DNA of 64,000 bases from Gaiellaceae bacterium (lineage in GTDB: Bacteria > Actinomycetota > Thermoleophilia > Gaiellales > Gaiellaceae): NCBI GenBank assembly GCA_045805965.1, contig JBJMKF010000016.1, forward strand, positions 30,908-94,907, in the 5' to 3' direction. The translations under genes were made by a program, and so were the position numbers. The notes beneath the pieces are model-generated. The model worked only from the letters and a program-made list of their open reading frames with translations, had not been told where the DNA came from and did not search any database. This document shows positions 1 through 9,708 of this stretch, one piece after another. Numbering within the stretch: the first letter of the stretch is position 1; each line of letters starts with the position of its first letter.

Positions 1-1506
1 AAGCTGCTGACGGTCTCGGCCACTCGAGGCGATCTCCGTCTCGTCGAGCGTGACGAGCGCCGTCACGTATGGGCGGCGGTCGCCGACGACGATTGCCTGT
101 GAGACGAACCGCGATGTCTTGAGGGCGTTCTCGAGGTTCTGCGGCGCGATGTTCTTGCCGCCGGCGGTGATGATGAGGTCCTTCTTCCGGTCGGTGATGC
201 GCAGGAACCCTTCGGCGTCGATCTGGCCGACGTCGCCCGTGCGCAGCCACCCTTCCTCGGTCAGCGCCGCCGCCGTTGCGTCCGGCTCCCGGTAGTAGCC
301 CGCGAAGACGGCGTCGCTGCGGATCAGGATCTCGCCGTCCTCGGCGAGCCGGATTTCGGCGCCCTCTACCGGCCGGCCGACGGTGCCGATCCGGAAGTCG
401 TCCAGCTCGTTGACGGTCGCAGAGCTTGCCGTCTCCGTCAGCCCATACCCCTCGATCACCGGCACGCCCAGCGCGTGGAAGAACTCCATCACGTCGGTGG
501 AGAGGGGCGCCGCGCCGGAGACCCCCACGCGCAGCCGACCGCCAAGCCGGTCGCGCACCTTCGCGAACACGAGCCGGTCGGCCACCCGCTGCTGCAGCCC
601 GAGGAAGCGCGGCACCGAAGCGCCCTCGCGACGAACGCGGCTCGCGCGGGCGCCGACACCGAGCGCCCAGAGCCCAATCTTCCCGCGAAGGCCGCCCGCG
701 CGCTCGATCTCGCCGAGCGTGTTGGCATGCACCTTCTCGTAGACACGCGGCACGGCCGGAAGGACGTGCGGCCGCACTGCCGCCATTGCCTCCGGCACGC
801 GGCCGACGTCGGCCACGACCGCGACGGTCGCGCCACGGAACGACGCCGCCTGGTGTGCAAGCCGGCCGTAGCTGTGCGCGAGCGGGAGGAACACGAGCAC
901 GATGTCACCTGCGGCCTGCAGCCCTTCCACGACGCAGGTCGCGGCTGTGACGACGTTCCGATGCCTGAGCATGCAGCCTTTCGGCGGCCCGGTCGTGCCG
1001 GAGGTGTAGATGAGCGTCGCGAGGTCTTCCTCCTCGACCGGCTCGGGCCGAAGGTGCTTGGCCAGGCGCCCGTCCGCTTCGAGCTTCTCGAGCCAGTCGA
1101 AGGGAACGATCTCGCGCAGCGCGGGCAATGAGCCACGGATCGAGACGAGCTTGCGCGTCTGCTCCTCGTCCTCTGTGAAGGCAAGCACCGCTTCGCAGTG
1201 CTCGAGGATGTATCCGCACTCCTTGGCCGAGCTCGTCGGGTAGAGCCCGACGACGACGGCGCCGATCGACATCAATGCCCAGTCGAGCAGGATCCACTCG
1301 AGCCGCGTGCGTGACAGAACCGCGACCCGGTCGCCGTGACGGACGCCGCGCGCCAGGAGGCCGTGGGCCAGATCGTCGACGCGCTCGGCTGCCTCGGCCC
1401 AAGAAACGGGCTCCCATCCGTCCGCCCGCTCCTCCATGTAGGCAGGCTCAGGAGGCGCGTCGCTCACAGCGTCGCGCCAGAGCTCCGGCGCGGTGCGCCG
1501 CTCCAT
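1..1506 (-). CDS. Long-chain acyl-CoA synthetase (AMP-dependent synthetase/ligase); C-terminus cut by the window edge
   Basis: Absent from the ORF track because it runs off the left edge. My minus-strand translation from ATG 1506 gives MERRTAPELWRDAV...LIYTSGTTGPPKGCML...EGYGLTETASS...WLRTGDVGQIDAEGFLRITDRKKDLIITAGGKNIAPQNLE, which are AMP-binding and FACS-type motifs. The frame stays open to base 1. Confidence 0.85.
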   Translation of the reverse strand, partial: MERRTAPELWRDAVSDAPPEPAYMEERADGWEPVSWAEAAERVDDLAHGLLARGVRHGDRVAVLSRTRLEWILLDWALMSIGAVVVGLYPTSSAKECGYILEHCEAVLAFTEDEEQTRKLVSIRGSLPALREIVPFDWLEKLEADGRLAKHLRPEPVEEEDLATLIYTSGTTGPPKGCMLRHRNVVTAATCVVEGLQAAGDIVLVFLPLAHSYGRLAHQAASFRGATVAVVADVGRVPEAMAAVRPHVLPAVPRVYEKVHANTLGEIERAGGLRGKIGLWALGVGARASRVRREGASVPRFLGLQQRVADRLVFAKVRDRLGGRLRVGVSGAAPLSTDVMEFFHALGVPVIEGYGLTETASSATVNELDDFRIGTVGRPVEGAEIRLAEDGEILIRSDAVFAGYYREPDATAAALTEEGWLRTGDVGQIDAEGFLRITDRKKDLIITAGGKNIAPQNLENALKTSRFVSQAIVVGDRRPYVTALVTLDETEIASSGRDRQQL

Positions 1507-1582
1507 GTGCCCAATCGTATGCAGGAGGGAAGCGGGCCGTCAGCGGGAATTCCGGGGTCCGCTACTAGACTGGAAAGAGGCA

Positions 1583-2446
1583 ATGCGGACTATCTGGAAC
1601 GGATCGATCAGCTTCGGCCTCGTCAACATCCCCGTCGGGCTCGCGCTTGCGACCCAGCGGCAGGACGTGTCGTTCCGCACCCTGCACAGGGAGTGCGGGT
1701 CGCCGATCAAGCAGAAGCGCTGGTGCCCGGTGCACGAGCGCGACGTCGAGCCGGACGAGCTCGTCAAGGGCTGGGAGTTCTCGAAGGGGCAGTATGTCTT
1801 TGTCGAGGAGGCCGACCTGGAGGCCGTTGCGCTCCAGCGCTCGCAGTCGATCGCGATCCTCCGCTTCGTTCGGCTCGAGGACGTCGACCCGGTCTACTTC
1901 GACCGCACGTATTACCTCGCGCCTTCCGACGCCGACGCGCAGCGGCGTCCCTACGTCCTCCTCCTGCGGGCGATGGAGGACTCGGGGATGGCGGCGGTCG
2001 GCAAGTTCGTCCTCTGGGGCAAGGAGAACCTCTGCCTGATCCGGGCCAGGGCCGGCGCACTGCTGCTCGAGACGCTCTTCTTCGCCGAGGATGTGCGTGC
2101 GAAGGACGAGATCGAGGAAGCGGTTGCCGAGACCGATGTTCAGGAGGCAGAGCTGAAGCTCGCCGAGCAGGTGATCTCGAGCCTCTCCGGCGAGTGGGCG
2201 CCGGAAGCTTTCGAGAACGACTATCGCCGCGACCTAGCCCAGATGCTCGAGGCCAAGCTCGCCGGCCAGGAGATCGTCGCGCCGGAGCCGGTCGCCGAGG
2301 CTCCGGTCATCGACCTCATGGAGGCGCTCCGCCAGAGCGTCGCCGACGCGCAGAGCCGGCGCTCCGCCGAGGATTCGACGGACGGGAAGACGGCTTCGAA
2401 GAGCCGCTCCCGTTCCCGCAAGACTCCCGCGAAGAAGTCCGCCTAG
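1583..2446 (+). CDS. ku: Ku-type NHEJ DNA-end-binding protein
   Basis: ORF 1493..2446. The conserved bacterial Ku N-terminus MRTIWNGSISFGLVNIPVGLALATQ begins at internal ATG 1583, preceded by GGAAAGAGG. Basic Ser/Lys/Arg C-terminal tail. Confidence 0.9.
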   Translation: MRTIWNGSISFGLVNIPVGLALATQRQDVSFRTLHRECGSPIKQKRWCPVHERDVEPDELVKGWEFSKGQYVFVEEADLEAVALQRSQSIAILRFVRLEDVDPVYFDRTYYLAPSDADAQRRPYVLLLRAMEDSGMAAVGKFVLWGKENLCLIRARAGALLLETLFFAEDVRAKDEIEEAVAETDVQEAELKLAEQVISSLSGEWAPEAFENDYRRDLAQMLEAKLAGQEIVAPEPVAEAPVIDLMEALRQSVADAQSRRSAEDSTDGKTASKSRSRSRKTPAKKSA

Positions 2447-2495
2447 CGAAAGGGGCGGCTCGTCGCCGCCCCCTTACCGCTGGTCCGAGTCGCGC

Positions 2496-2669
2496 CTAGG
2501 CTGCGTGCGGAGCGGCTTCGTGCTGGCTATTGAGGCTGAGAAGAAAGAGGTACTTGTCGATCTTCCCCTGGTAGATGGGCACGCCTTCTTCGACGCACAC
2601 CCTGATCACCTCTTGCCTGTCGAGACCGAGCTCCTTCGACAGTTCTTCGGGCGTGAGGTGATTTGCCAT
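2496..2669 (-). CDS. Small hypothetical protein (57 aa), possibly helix-turn-helix
   Basis: ORF 2496..2714. Internal ATG 2669 (MANHLTPEELSKELGLDRQEVIRVCVEEGVPIYQGK...) is preceded by a strong GGAAGGAG Shine-Dalgarno. Coding-like composition. Confidence 0.55.
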   Translation of the reverse strand: MANHLTPEELSKELGLDRQEVIRVCVEEGVPIYQGKIDKYLFLLSLNSQHEAAPHAA

Positions 2670-2695
2670 CCTCTTGCTCCTTCCCTTAGGAACGA

Positions 2696-2726
2696 AAAAA
2701 CCCGCCGCGCTCAACGCGCTGGCGGG
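2696..2726 (-). terminator. Intrinsic-terminator-like hairpin with U-tract, read on the minus strand
   Basis: cccgccgcgc-tcaac-gcgc(t)ggcggg forms a 10-bp GC stem (2701..2726). On the minus strand it is followed by TTTTT (2700..2696). It lies only 27 nt upstream of the small gene start at 2669. Confidence 0.45.
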
Positions 2727-2743
2727 TTAGGTCGCACCCTCGC

Positions 2744-3667
2744 TTGTCGTTTCTGCGGACATCACTCTGCCCGCCCTGCAGAAGCATTCATTGGTGCAAA
2801 GAATATGCCTCTTTGGTGACGGAGAGCAAACACCGGCTTTCGGGATTCGAGGAACGAGAGCTCGAGTGGCACGGAACGCGGCTTTGCTACGCCATCGGCG
2901 GCGCCGGTCCGCCACTCGTGCTGGTGCACGGGCTCGGCGGGACGATCGAGAACTGGCGCGCTCTCGCGTCCGCGCTCACCGCCCGTCACCGCGTGATCGT
3001 CCCCGACCTACCAGGCCATGGAGGATCGGCGCCGCTGCCCGAGCCGTGCGACCTGGACGCGATCGCGGAAGCGCTCGGAGCAATCGCGGATGCCGAGGAG
3101 ACGGGCAGCGCGGTGTGGATCGGCCACTCACTCGGAGGTCTCGTCGTTGTGCGTGCCTCCGTCCTGCGGCGCGAGGCAGTGCGCGGCGTCGTCCTCGCTG
3201 CTGCGGCGGGAATCGGCTCGGGATCCCGCGGTGCGCGCGTGACGCTCACGGTGCTGGGCATCACCCGGCCGGGACGCCTGATTGCGCCCTTTCGACATGC
3301 GTGGGCACAGTCACGGCTCGGCCGACGCGTTGCGTTCGGCTGGTGGGGCGTGTCCGATCCGGACGCGCTCGACCCCGCCCTCGCCGAGGCCTTCCTCGTC
3401 GGGCCCGCGCATCACACCGACACCCGTCAGGCCGCCCGCGCGCTGCTTCTCTCGGATCCGCGCAAGGAGCTCGATCGCGTGACCTGTCCGTGCCTTTGCC
3501 TCTGGGGAGCGAGCGACAACTGGGTCCGACCGGAGGACGGAATGGAGTACGCGCGCCGCCTCGGCGCTCCGTTGCGGACCATCGCCGGCTGCGGTCACCT
3601 CCTCATCGGCGAGCGACCCGATGCCTGCCTCGCCGCGATCGGCGACTTCGTCGATTCGCTCGGCTAG
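2744..3667 (+). CDS. Alpha/beta-fold hydrolase
   Basis: LVLVHGLGGTIENWRALASAL...PDLPGHGGS...IGHSLGG nucleophile elbow...CGHLLIGERPD. The start is uncertain: TTG 2744, or in-frame TTG 2813 / GTG 2816 just after an AT-rich GAATAT box, which could mean a leaderless mRNA. Confidence 0.8.
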   Translation: MSFLRTSLCPPCRSIHWCKEYASLVTESKHRLSGFEERELEWHGTRLCYAIGGAGPPLVLVHGLGGTIENWRALASALTARHRVIVPDLPGHGGSAPLPEPCDLDAIAEALGAIADAEETGSAVWIGHSLGGLVVVRASVLRREAVRGVVLAAAAGIGSGSRGARVTLTVLGITRPGRLIAPFRHAWAQSRLGRRVAFGWWGVSDPDALDPALAEAFLVGPAHHTDTRQAARALLLSDPRKELDRVTCPCLCLWGASDNWVRPEDGMEYARRLGAPLRTIAGCGHLLIGERPDACLAAIGDFVDSLG

Positions 3668-3723
3668 CTGTGCTGCAAGCGCCGGCGGCTAAGCCGTCGG
3701 CGCGCGGCGAGAGACCGCCCGCC

Positions 3724-4101
3724 CTAGGCGGGCCCCGCAGCGGCCGGCGCTTCGAACGGGATCACGTCCGCTCCGGCGCCCTCCTCCTCATCATGCCGCG
3801 GCCCGCCGCCGAGGAACTCGACCCGCCGAGCGACCACCTCGATCGCGCTGCGCCGTTTGCCTTCCTCCTCCCACGAACGGGACTTCAGCCGTCCGTCGAT
3901 GGCCACCCGCCGGCCCTTGCCGAGATACTCGGCGCACAGCTCTCCTTGTCGGTCCCATGCCGACACGGTCACGAAGTCGGCGCCGCCGTCGCGGCTCGCC
4001 CGCTCGACGGCAAGCACGAAGCTCGCCACCCGCTTGTCGGGCGCGACCTCGCGCACCTCGACCTCGGTCGCGAGGTTCCCGATCAGGGTCACCACGTTCA
4101 T
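3724..4101 (-). CDS. ssb: Single-stranded DNA-binding protein (OB fold)
   Basis: MNVVTLIGNLATEVEVREV...FVTVSAWDRQGELCAEYLGKGRRVAIDGRLKSRSWE is a typical SSB OB fold. Acidic tail with DVIPFE. Start taken at the second ATG (MNVV). Confidence 0.85.
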   Translation of the reverse strand: MNVVTLIGNLATEVEVREVAPDKRVASFVLAVERASRDGGADFVTVSAWDRQGELCAEYLGKGRRVAIDGRLKSRSWEEEGKRRSAIEVVARRVEFLGGGPRHDEEEGAGADVIPFEAPAAAGPA

Positions 4102-4115
4102 GCCGTGCACGCTAG

Positions 4116-5228
<1,113 letters not shown>

Positions 5229-5238
5229 GCGAGCCGGC

Positions 5239-6204
5239 GTGGACATCGAGGAAGTGGACGCGCGCAGCGCGTCCGACGACGTATTGGCCTGTTTCCATGC
5301 GCTCGAGCTCGCGTGCCACGAGGAGCTGAGCCCGGGTCAGCCGCCGCGGAGCGTCGAGGAAGTACTCGCGTTCCACCGTCACCTCCCGGAAACACAGACC
5401 AGCTGCCACTGGCTCGCGGACGGGGGCATGGCGGCGCTCTACGTGCACGGCCCGACCGCGACCTTCCTCGACCTGCTCGTCGAGCCCGGGCGGCGGCGAC
5501 GCGGCCTGGGCACCGCTCTGCTCGAACGGGCGCTCGCGCGATGCCGCGAGCTCGGGGTCGAGGGGCTCCGCAGCGTGCACTCGACCGCTGCGGGAGCCGC
5601 CTTCGCCGCGTCGGCCGGCGCGGCGGACGAGCAACGGATCGTCCGGTCGCACCTCGACCTCCACGCGGCCGAGCTGCCCGAGCCCAATCTCCCCGACGGC
5701 TTTCGCCTCGTCAGCTGGCTCGGCCGCGTTCCCGAGGAAGTTCTCGACGCCTACGTCACGGCCCGCACGGCTATGGACGACGCGCCTGCGCCCGACGGCA
5801 TGGACTTCCCGGCGTGGACGGCCGAGAAGATACGGGCGTCCGAGGAGTCGCTCGCACAGCGCGACCGCGAGATGCGGCTCACGGTCGCAATGAACGCGGA
5901 CGGCGAGATCGCCTCGTTCACGGAGCTTCGCGTCTCGCGCGGCTCCACGCTCGGCTTCACCGACGACACCGGAACCGTCGGCGCCCAACGCGGAAAGGGT
6001 CTCGCGCGGGCGGTCAAGCTCGAGTCGCTGCGGCGGCTCCGGGCCGATCACCCCGAGGTCGACGTCGTAGTCACCTCGAACGCCGAGGAGAACGGCGTGA
6101 TGCGGCATCTGAACGAGTCGATCGGCTTCTTGCCCTCCGTCGTCGGGACGCTCGCCGTCATCGATCTCGGCCGTCCGACCCAGACCGACGGGAACCCGAG
6201 GTAA
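5239..6204 (+). CDS. GNAT-family N-acetyltransferase (two GNAT-like halves)
   Basis: GTG start 11 nt after the mreB stop. LLVEPGRRRRGLGTALLERALARCRELG acetyl-CoA-binding motif in the N-terminal half; the second half has RGKGLARAVKLESL. Confidence 0.75.
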   Translation: MDIEEVDARSASDDVLACFHALELACHEELSPGQPPRSVEEVLAFHRHLPETQTSCHWLADGGMAALYVHGPTATFLDLLVEPGRRRRGLGTALLERALARCRELGVEGLRSVHSTAAGAAFAASAGAADEQRIVRSHLDLHAAELPEPNLPDGFRLVSWLGRVPEEVLDAYVTARTAMDDAPAPDGMDFPAWTAEKIRASEESLAQRDREMRLTVAMNADGEIASFTELRVSRGSTLGFTDDTGTVGAQRGKGLARAVKLESLRRLRADHPEVDVVVTSNAEENGVMRHLNESIGFLPSVVGTLAVIDLGRPTQTDGNPR

Positions 6205-6213
6205 CCTGTCTCG

Positions 6214-7152
6214 GTGGCTCCACCAAGTCGCAGCGCGCGCGCGGCTGTGCTCGCCTCATCGGTTCAACGTTCGAAGCCGGCTCCGTATCCCTCGAAGGCA
6301 CGCAGCGCGCTTATCCGGAGGACGGTCGTCGTCGTCCTCGTTCTCGTCGCGCTGACGCTCGTGACGATCTCGTTCCGCTCGCCCACGGCCGGAGCGCTGC
6401 ACGACATCCAAGGTGCAGGCTCGACCGCGCTGCGCCCCTTCCAGATCGCAGCGACGCGGGTCGCACAGCCGTTCCGTGACGCATACAACTACATCGACGG
6501 CCTTACCACGGCAAAGGCGGAAAACAAGAAGCTGAAGAAGGAGCTCATCCAGTACCGGGCTGCGCAGATCAGGGCGAGCGCTGCGGCGGCCAAGGAGCAG
6601 CAGCTCGAGAGGCTCCTCCATTTCGAACGACTCCCGCGCTTCCCGAACAACTACCGGGCCATCAACGCCGAGGTCACCTCGTTCCCTTCCGGCCCCTTCA
6701 CGCACACGCTGACGATCGCCGCAGGCTCCTCCGCGGGCGTTCGCCTGAACTCGGCGGTCGTGAGTGGCTACGGCCTCGTCGGGATCGTGTCGAACGTCTT
6801 CCCGGACACGGCGATCGTGACGCTGATCAGCGATCCGGACACCTTCGTCGCCGCGCGGGACCTGCGGACGCGCGTGCGCGGTGTTGTCGGCACGGGAGCG
6901 GGTGGGACGCTGATCCTCGACCACGTGTCGAAGACTGAGGTCGTCAGGCAGGGCGACACGATCGTCACCGATGGGACGCACAACGCGCGCTATCCGGATC
7001 TCTACCCGTACGGGATCCCGATCGGCCGAGTCTCGGCACCCCCCGGCGTCACCGACACGGCGAACTTCCTCCAGGTGCAGGTGCAGCCCTTTGCGAACCT
7101 CGGCTCGCTCGACGCGGTAGGAGTACTCGTCCCCACGCACCAGCGCCGATGA
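6214..7152 (+). CDS. mreC: Rod shape-determining protein MreC
   Basis: N-terminal TM segment, a coiled-coil stretch (KAENKKLKKELIQYRAAQ), then beta-rich domains. Position between mreB and mreD. Confidence 0.85.
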   Translation: MAPPSRSARAAVLASSVQRSKPAPYPSKARSALIRRTVVVVLVLVALTLVTISFRSPTAGALHDIQGAGSTALRPFQIAATRVAQPFRDAYNYIDGLTTAKAENKKLKKELIQYRAAQIRASAAAAKEQQLERLLHFERLPRFPNNYRAINAEVTSFPSGPFTHTLTIAAGSSAGVRLNSAVVSGYGLVGIVSNVFPDTAIVTLISDPDTFVAARDLRTRVRGVVGTGAGGTLILDHVSKTEVVRQGDTIVTDGTHNARYPDLYPYGIPIGRVSAPPGVTDTANFLQVQVQPFANLGSLDAVGVLVPTHQRR

Positions 7153-7673
7153 GCTTGCTCGACGGCGTCAAGGCCGCCGTACTGCTCTTTGTGGCGGCGA
7201 TCGCGCAGGTCTCGATCTTCTCCCAGGCCCACGTCTTCGGCGCCGTCCCCGACTTCCTGCTCGTCTCGCTCGTCGCGCTCGCCCTGCTGCGCGGCAGCGT
7301 CGCGGGCGCAGTCGGAGGCTTTTTCGCGGGGCTCCTCGTCGATACTGCATCGCTCGGCACGCTCGGGCTCACGTCGCTCGTGCTCACGCTCGCCGGCTAC
7401 TGGATCGGTCGCTACGGAGAGACGACCGGCCGCGATCGCGCGCACGCACCGTTCCTCTCGATCGCCGTCGTGACCGTTCTCTACGAGCTCGGCTTGCTCG
7501 TGGTGCATTTCGTGCTCGGCGAGAGCGCGCCGGCCGCAGCAGTCGTGCGCAGCCTCGTCCCGGCGATCGTCCTCAACCTGATCCTCACCGCGCCGGTCTA
7601 CGCACTCGCGCGGCGGCTGCTGCGGCCGGCTGAGCGGGCCGAGCTCAGCGCGGAGGTGCAGCTCCTTGGCTAG
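7149..7673 (+). CDS. mreD: Rod shape-determining protein MreD
   Basis: ATGA overlap with the mreC stop. Polytopic hydrophobic 174-aa protein in the canonical position. Confidence 0.75.
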   Translation: MSLLDGVKAAVLLFVAAIAQVSIFSQAHVFGAVPDFLLVSLVALALLRGSVAGAVGGFFAGLLVDTASLGTLGLTSLVLTLAGYWIGRYGETTGRDRAHAPFLSIAVVTVLYELGLLVVHFVLGESAPAAAVVRSLVPAIVLNLILTAPVYALARRLLRPAERAELSAEVQLLG

Positions 7674-9708
7674 CACCACGACGCGGCGACTCCCTCTGCC
7701 ACCGTCGCGCCGCGCACGCGTGGAGGAGCCGGACGCCGAGCAGACCGCGGTCGAGCCCTATCGGCTGACGCCCAAGCTCGCGCGACGAGTGGCGCTGCTC
7801 GGAGGCCTTGTCGTGATCGGTTTTGCGGCGCTCGTCGGGCGGCTCTGGGCGTTACAGGTGCTCGCAGGACCGAACTACGCCGCACGTGCGCAGGCGAACC
7901 AGGTACGCAGCGTGCGCGTCGAGGCGCCGCGCGGGCAGATCGTCGACCGGAATCGCAACGTCCTCGTGACGAACAAGCCGGTCACCGCGGTCGAGCTCTG
8001 GCCGTCGGGCCTGCCGAAGGTCTACTCGCGCCGCGTGGCCGAGCTCCGTGAGCTCGCACAGATCACGCGCGTGAACGTCCGTCAGGTGACCAGACTGATC
8101 CTCGCGCGTCGCCAGATGGGGGACATGCTCGACCCGGTCGTCGTGCGCCCCGATGCACCGGCGCCGATGCTGACGTACCTGCAGGAGCGAGCCGCCAACT
8201 TCCCGGGCCTGACGCTCGCGCGGAGCTACGTCCGCCGTTATCCGCACGGAGATCTCGCCTCACAGTTGCTCGGTTACGTCGGGCCGATCTCAGCGCCGGA
8301 GCTGCAGACCCTGGGGAAGGACGGCTATGCGCTGACCGACGTGATCGGGCAGACGGGAATCGAGGCGACCTACAACAAGTACCTCTTCGGCATTCCCGGT
8401 GCGGCGCGCGTCCGCGTCGATTCCCTCGGCCGTCCTCGCAGCGCGCGCACCCTGACGACCCAGCCGCAGGCGGGGCAGACTGTCCGTCTCACCATCGACA
8501 CCGGCCTGCAGCTCGCCGCCCAGAACGCGCTGGACTACGGCATCCAGACCGCCCGCAACGAGGGCAAGTGGGCGGCCGACGGCGGCGCGATCGTTGCCAT
8601 GAGCCCGAAGGACGGCTCGATCCTCGCGCTCGCCTCCTCGCCGACGTACGACCCGTCCGTCTACACCGGGCGCGTTACGACCGGCAAGCTCAAGGCGCAG
8701 GGGCTCGTTGGAGCGTCGGCTTTCGACAAGAACTACCCGTCGCTCGACCGCGCGCTCGACGCCACGTATCCGCCCGGCTCGACGTTCAAGCCGCTCACGG
8801 CGATCGCGGCGCTCGAGGAGCATCTGATCAAGCCGTACGCCTTCTATCCCTGCACCGGCACGTACACCTCGCCGGACGACAACTCGCATCACGTCTTCCA
8901 CAACTGGGACAAGTTCGTCGACCAGGGGATGGATCTGCCGACCGCGCTCGCGCGGTCGTGCGACACGTACTTCTATCGCGCCGGGAACGCGTTCTACGAA
9001 CTGCCGAAGGACCGCGGTCAGCCGCTACAGAAGTGGGCCCGCGCGTTCGGCTTCGGACGGCCCAGCGCCGTGGACGTCGGCCCCGACGTCGGCGGCACCG
9101 TCCCGACGATCGCCTACAAGCACAGGAGATTCACGAAGGCAGACGATCCGAACTGGCAGATCGACCGCCTCTGGAAGCCCGGCGACTCGATCACCCTCGC
9201 GATCGGCCAGGGCGACCTGCTCGTGACGCCGCTGCAGATGACGCGCTTCTACGCGGCGATCGCGAACGGCGGCCAGCTCGTCACGCCCCACGTCCTGCTG
9301 AACGTCGAGAACCCGAACGGGACGATCGTCCCGACGACGCCTCCGCCGGCCCGGCGACCGGTCCCGGGTCTCGATCGTGCCTACGTCAAGGTCGTCCAGC
9401 AGGGCCTCTTCCAGGCGACGCACGATGCGTATGGGACGTCGTTCGGCGTCTTCGGCAACTTCCCGTACCCGATCGCCGGTAAGACGGGCACCGCGCAGAA
9501 GACCGTCAGTCTTCCGGGCTACACGGGTGAGCAGGACCAGTCGTGGTGGTGCGGCTATGGTCCCGCGAACCATCCGAAGCTCGTCGTGTGCGCCATGATC
9601 GAGAACGGCGGCGAGGGCGGCGCGGCTGCGGCGCCGGCTGCAGAGCGGGTCTTCGCGAAGTTCTTCCACGTGCACGCGACACAACCAGTACTCATCCCCT
9701 CCGACTGA
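7666..9708 (+). CDS. mrdA: Penicillin-binding protein 2 (elongasome transpeptidase)
   Basis: TTG start overlapping the mreD stop. Motifs PPGSTFKP (SxxK) and AGKTGTAQ (KTG). Confidence 0.9.
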   Translation: MASTTTRRLPLPPSRRARVEEPDAEQTAVEPYRLTPKLARRVALLGGLVVIGFAALVGRLWALQVLAGPNYAARAQANQVRSVRVEAPRGQIVDRNRNVLVTNKPVTAVELWPSGLPKVYSRRVAELRELAQITRVNVRQVTRLILARRQMGDMLDPVVVRPDAPAPMLTYLQERAANFPGLTLARSYVRRYPHGDLASQLLGYVGPISAPELQTLGKDGYALTDVIGQTGIEATYNKYLFGIPGAARVRVDSLGRPRSARTLTTQPQAGQTVRLTIDTGLQLAAQNALDYGIQTARNEGKWAADGGAIVAMSPKDGSILALASSPTYDPSVYTGRVTTGKLKAQGLVGASAFDKNYPSLDRALDATYPPGSTFKPLTAIAALEEHLIKPYAFYPCTGTYTSPDDNSHHVFHNWDKFVDQGMDLPTALARSCDTYFYRAGNAFYELPKDRGQPLQKWARAFGFGRPSAVDVGPDVGGTVPTIAYKHRRFTKADDPNWQIDRLWKPGDSITLAIGQGDLLVTPLQMTRFYAAIANGGQLVTPHVLLNVENPNGTIVPTTPPPARRPVPGLDRAYVKVVQQGLFQATHDAYGTSFGVFGNFPYPIAGKTGTAQKTVSLPGYTGEQDQSWWCGYGPANHPKLVVCAMIENGGEGGAAAAPAAERVFAKFFHVHATQPVLIPSD

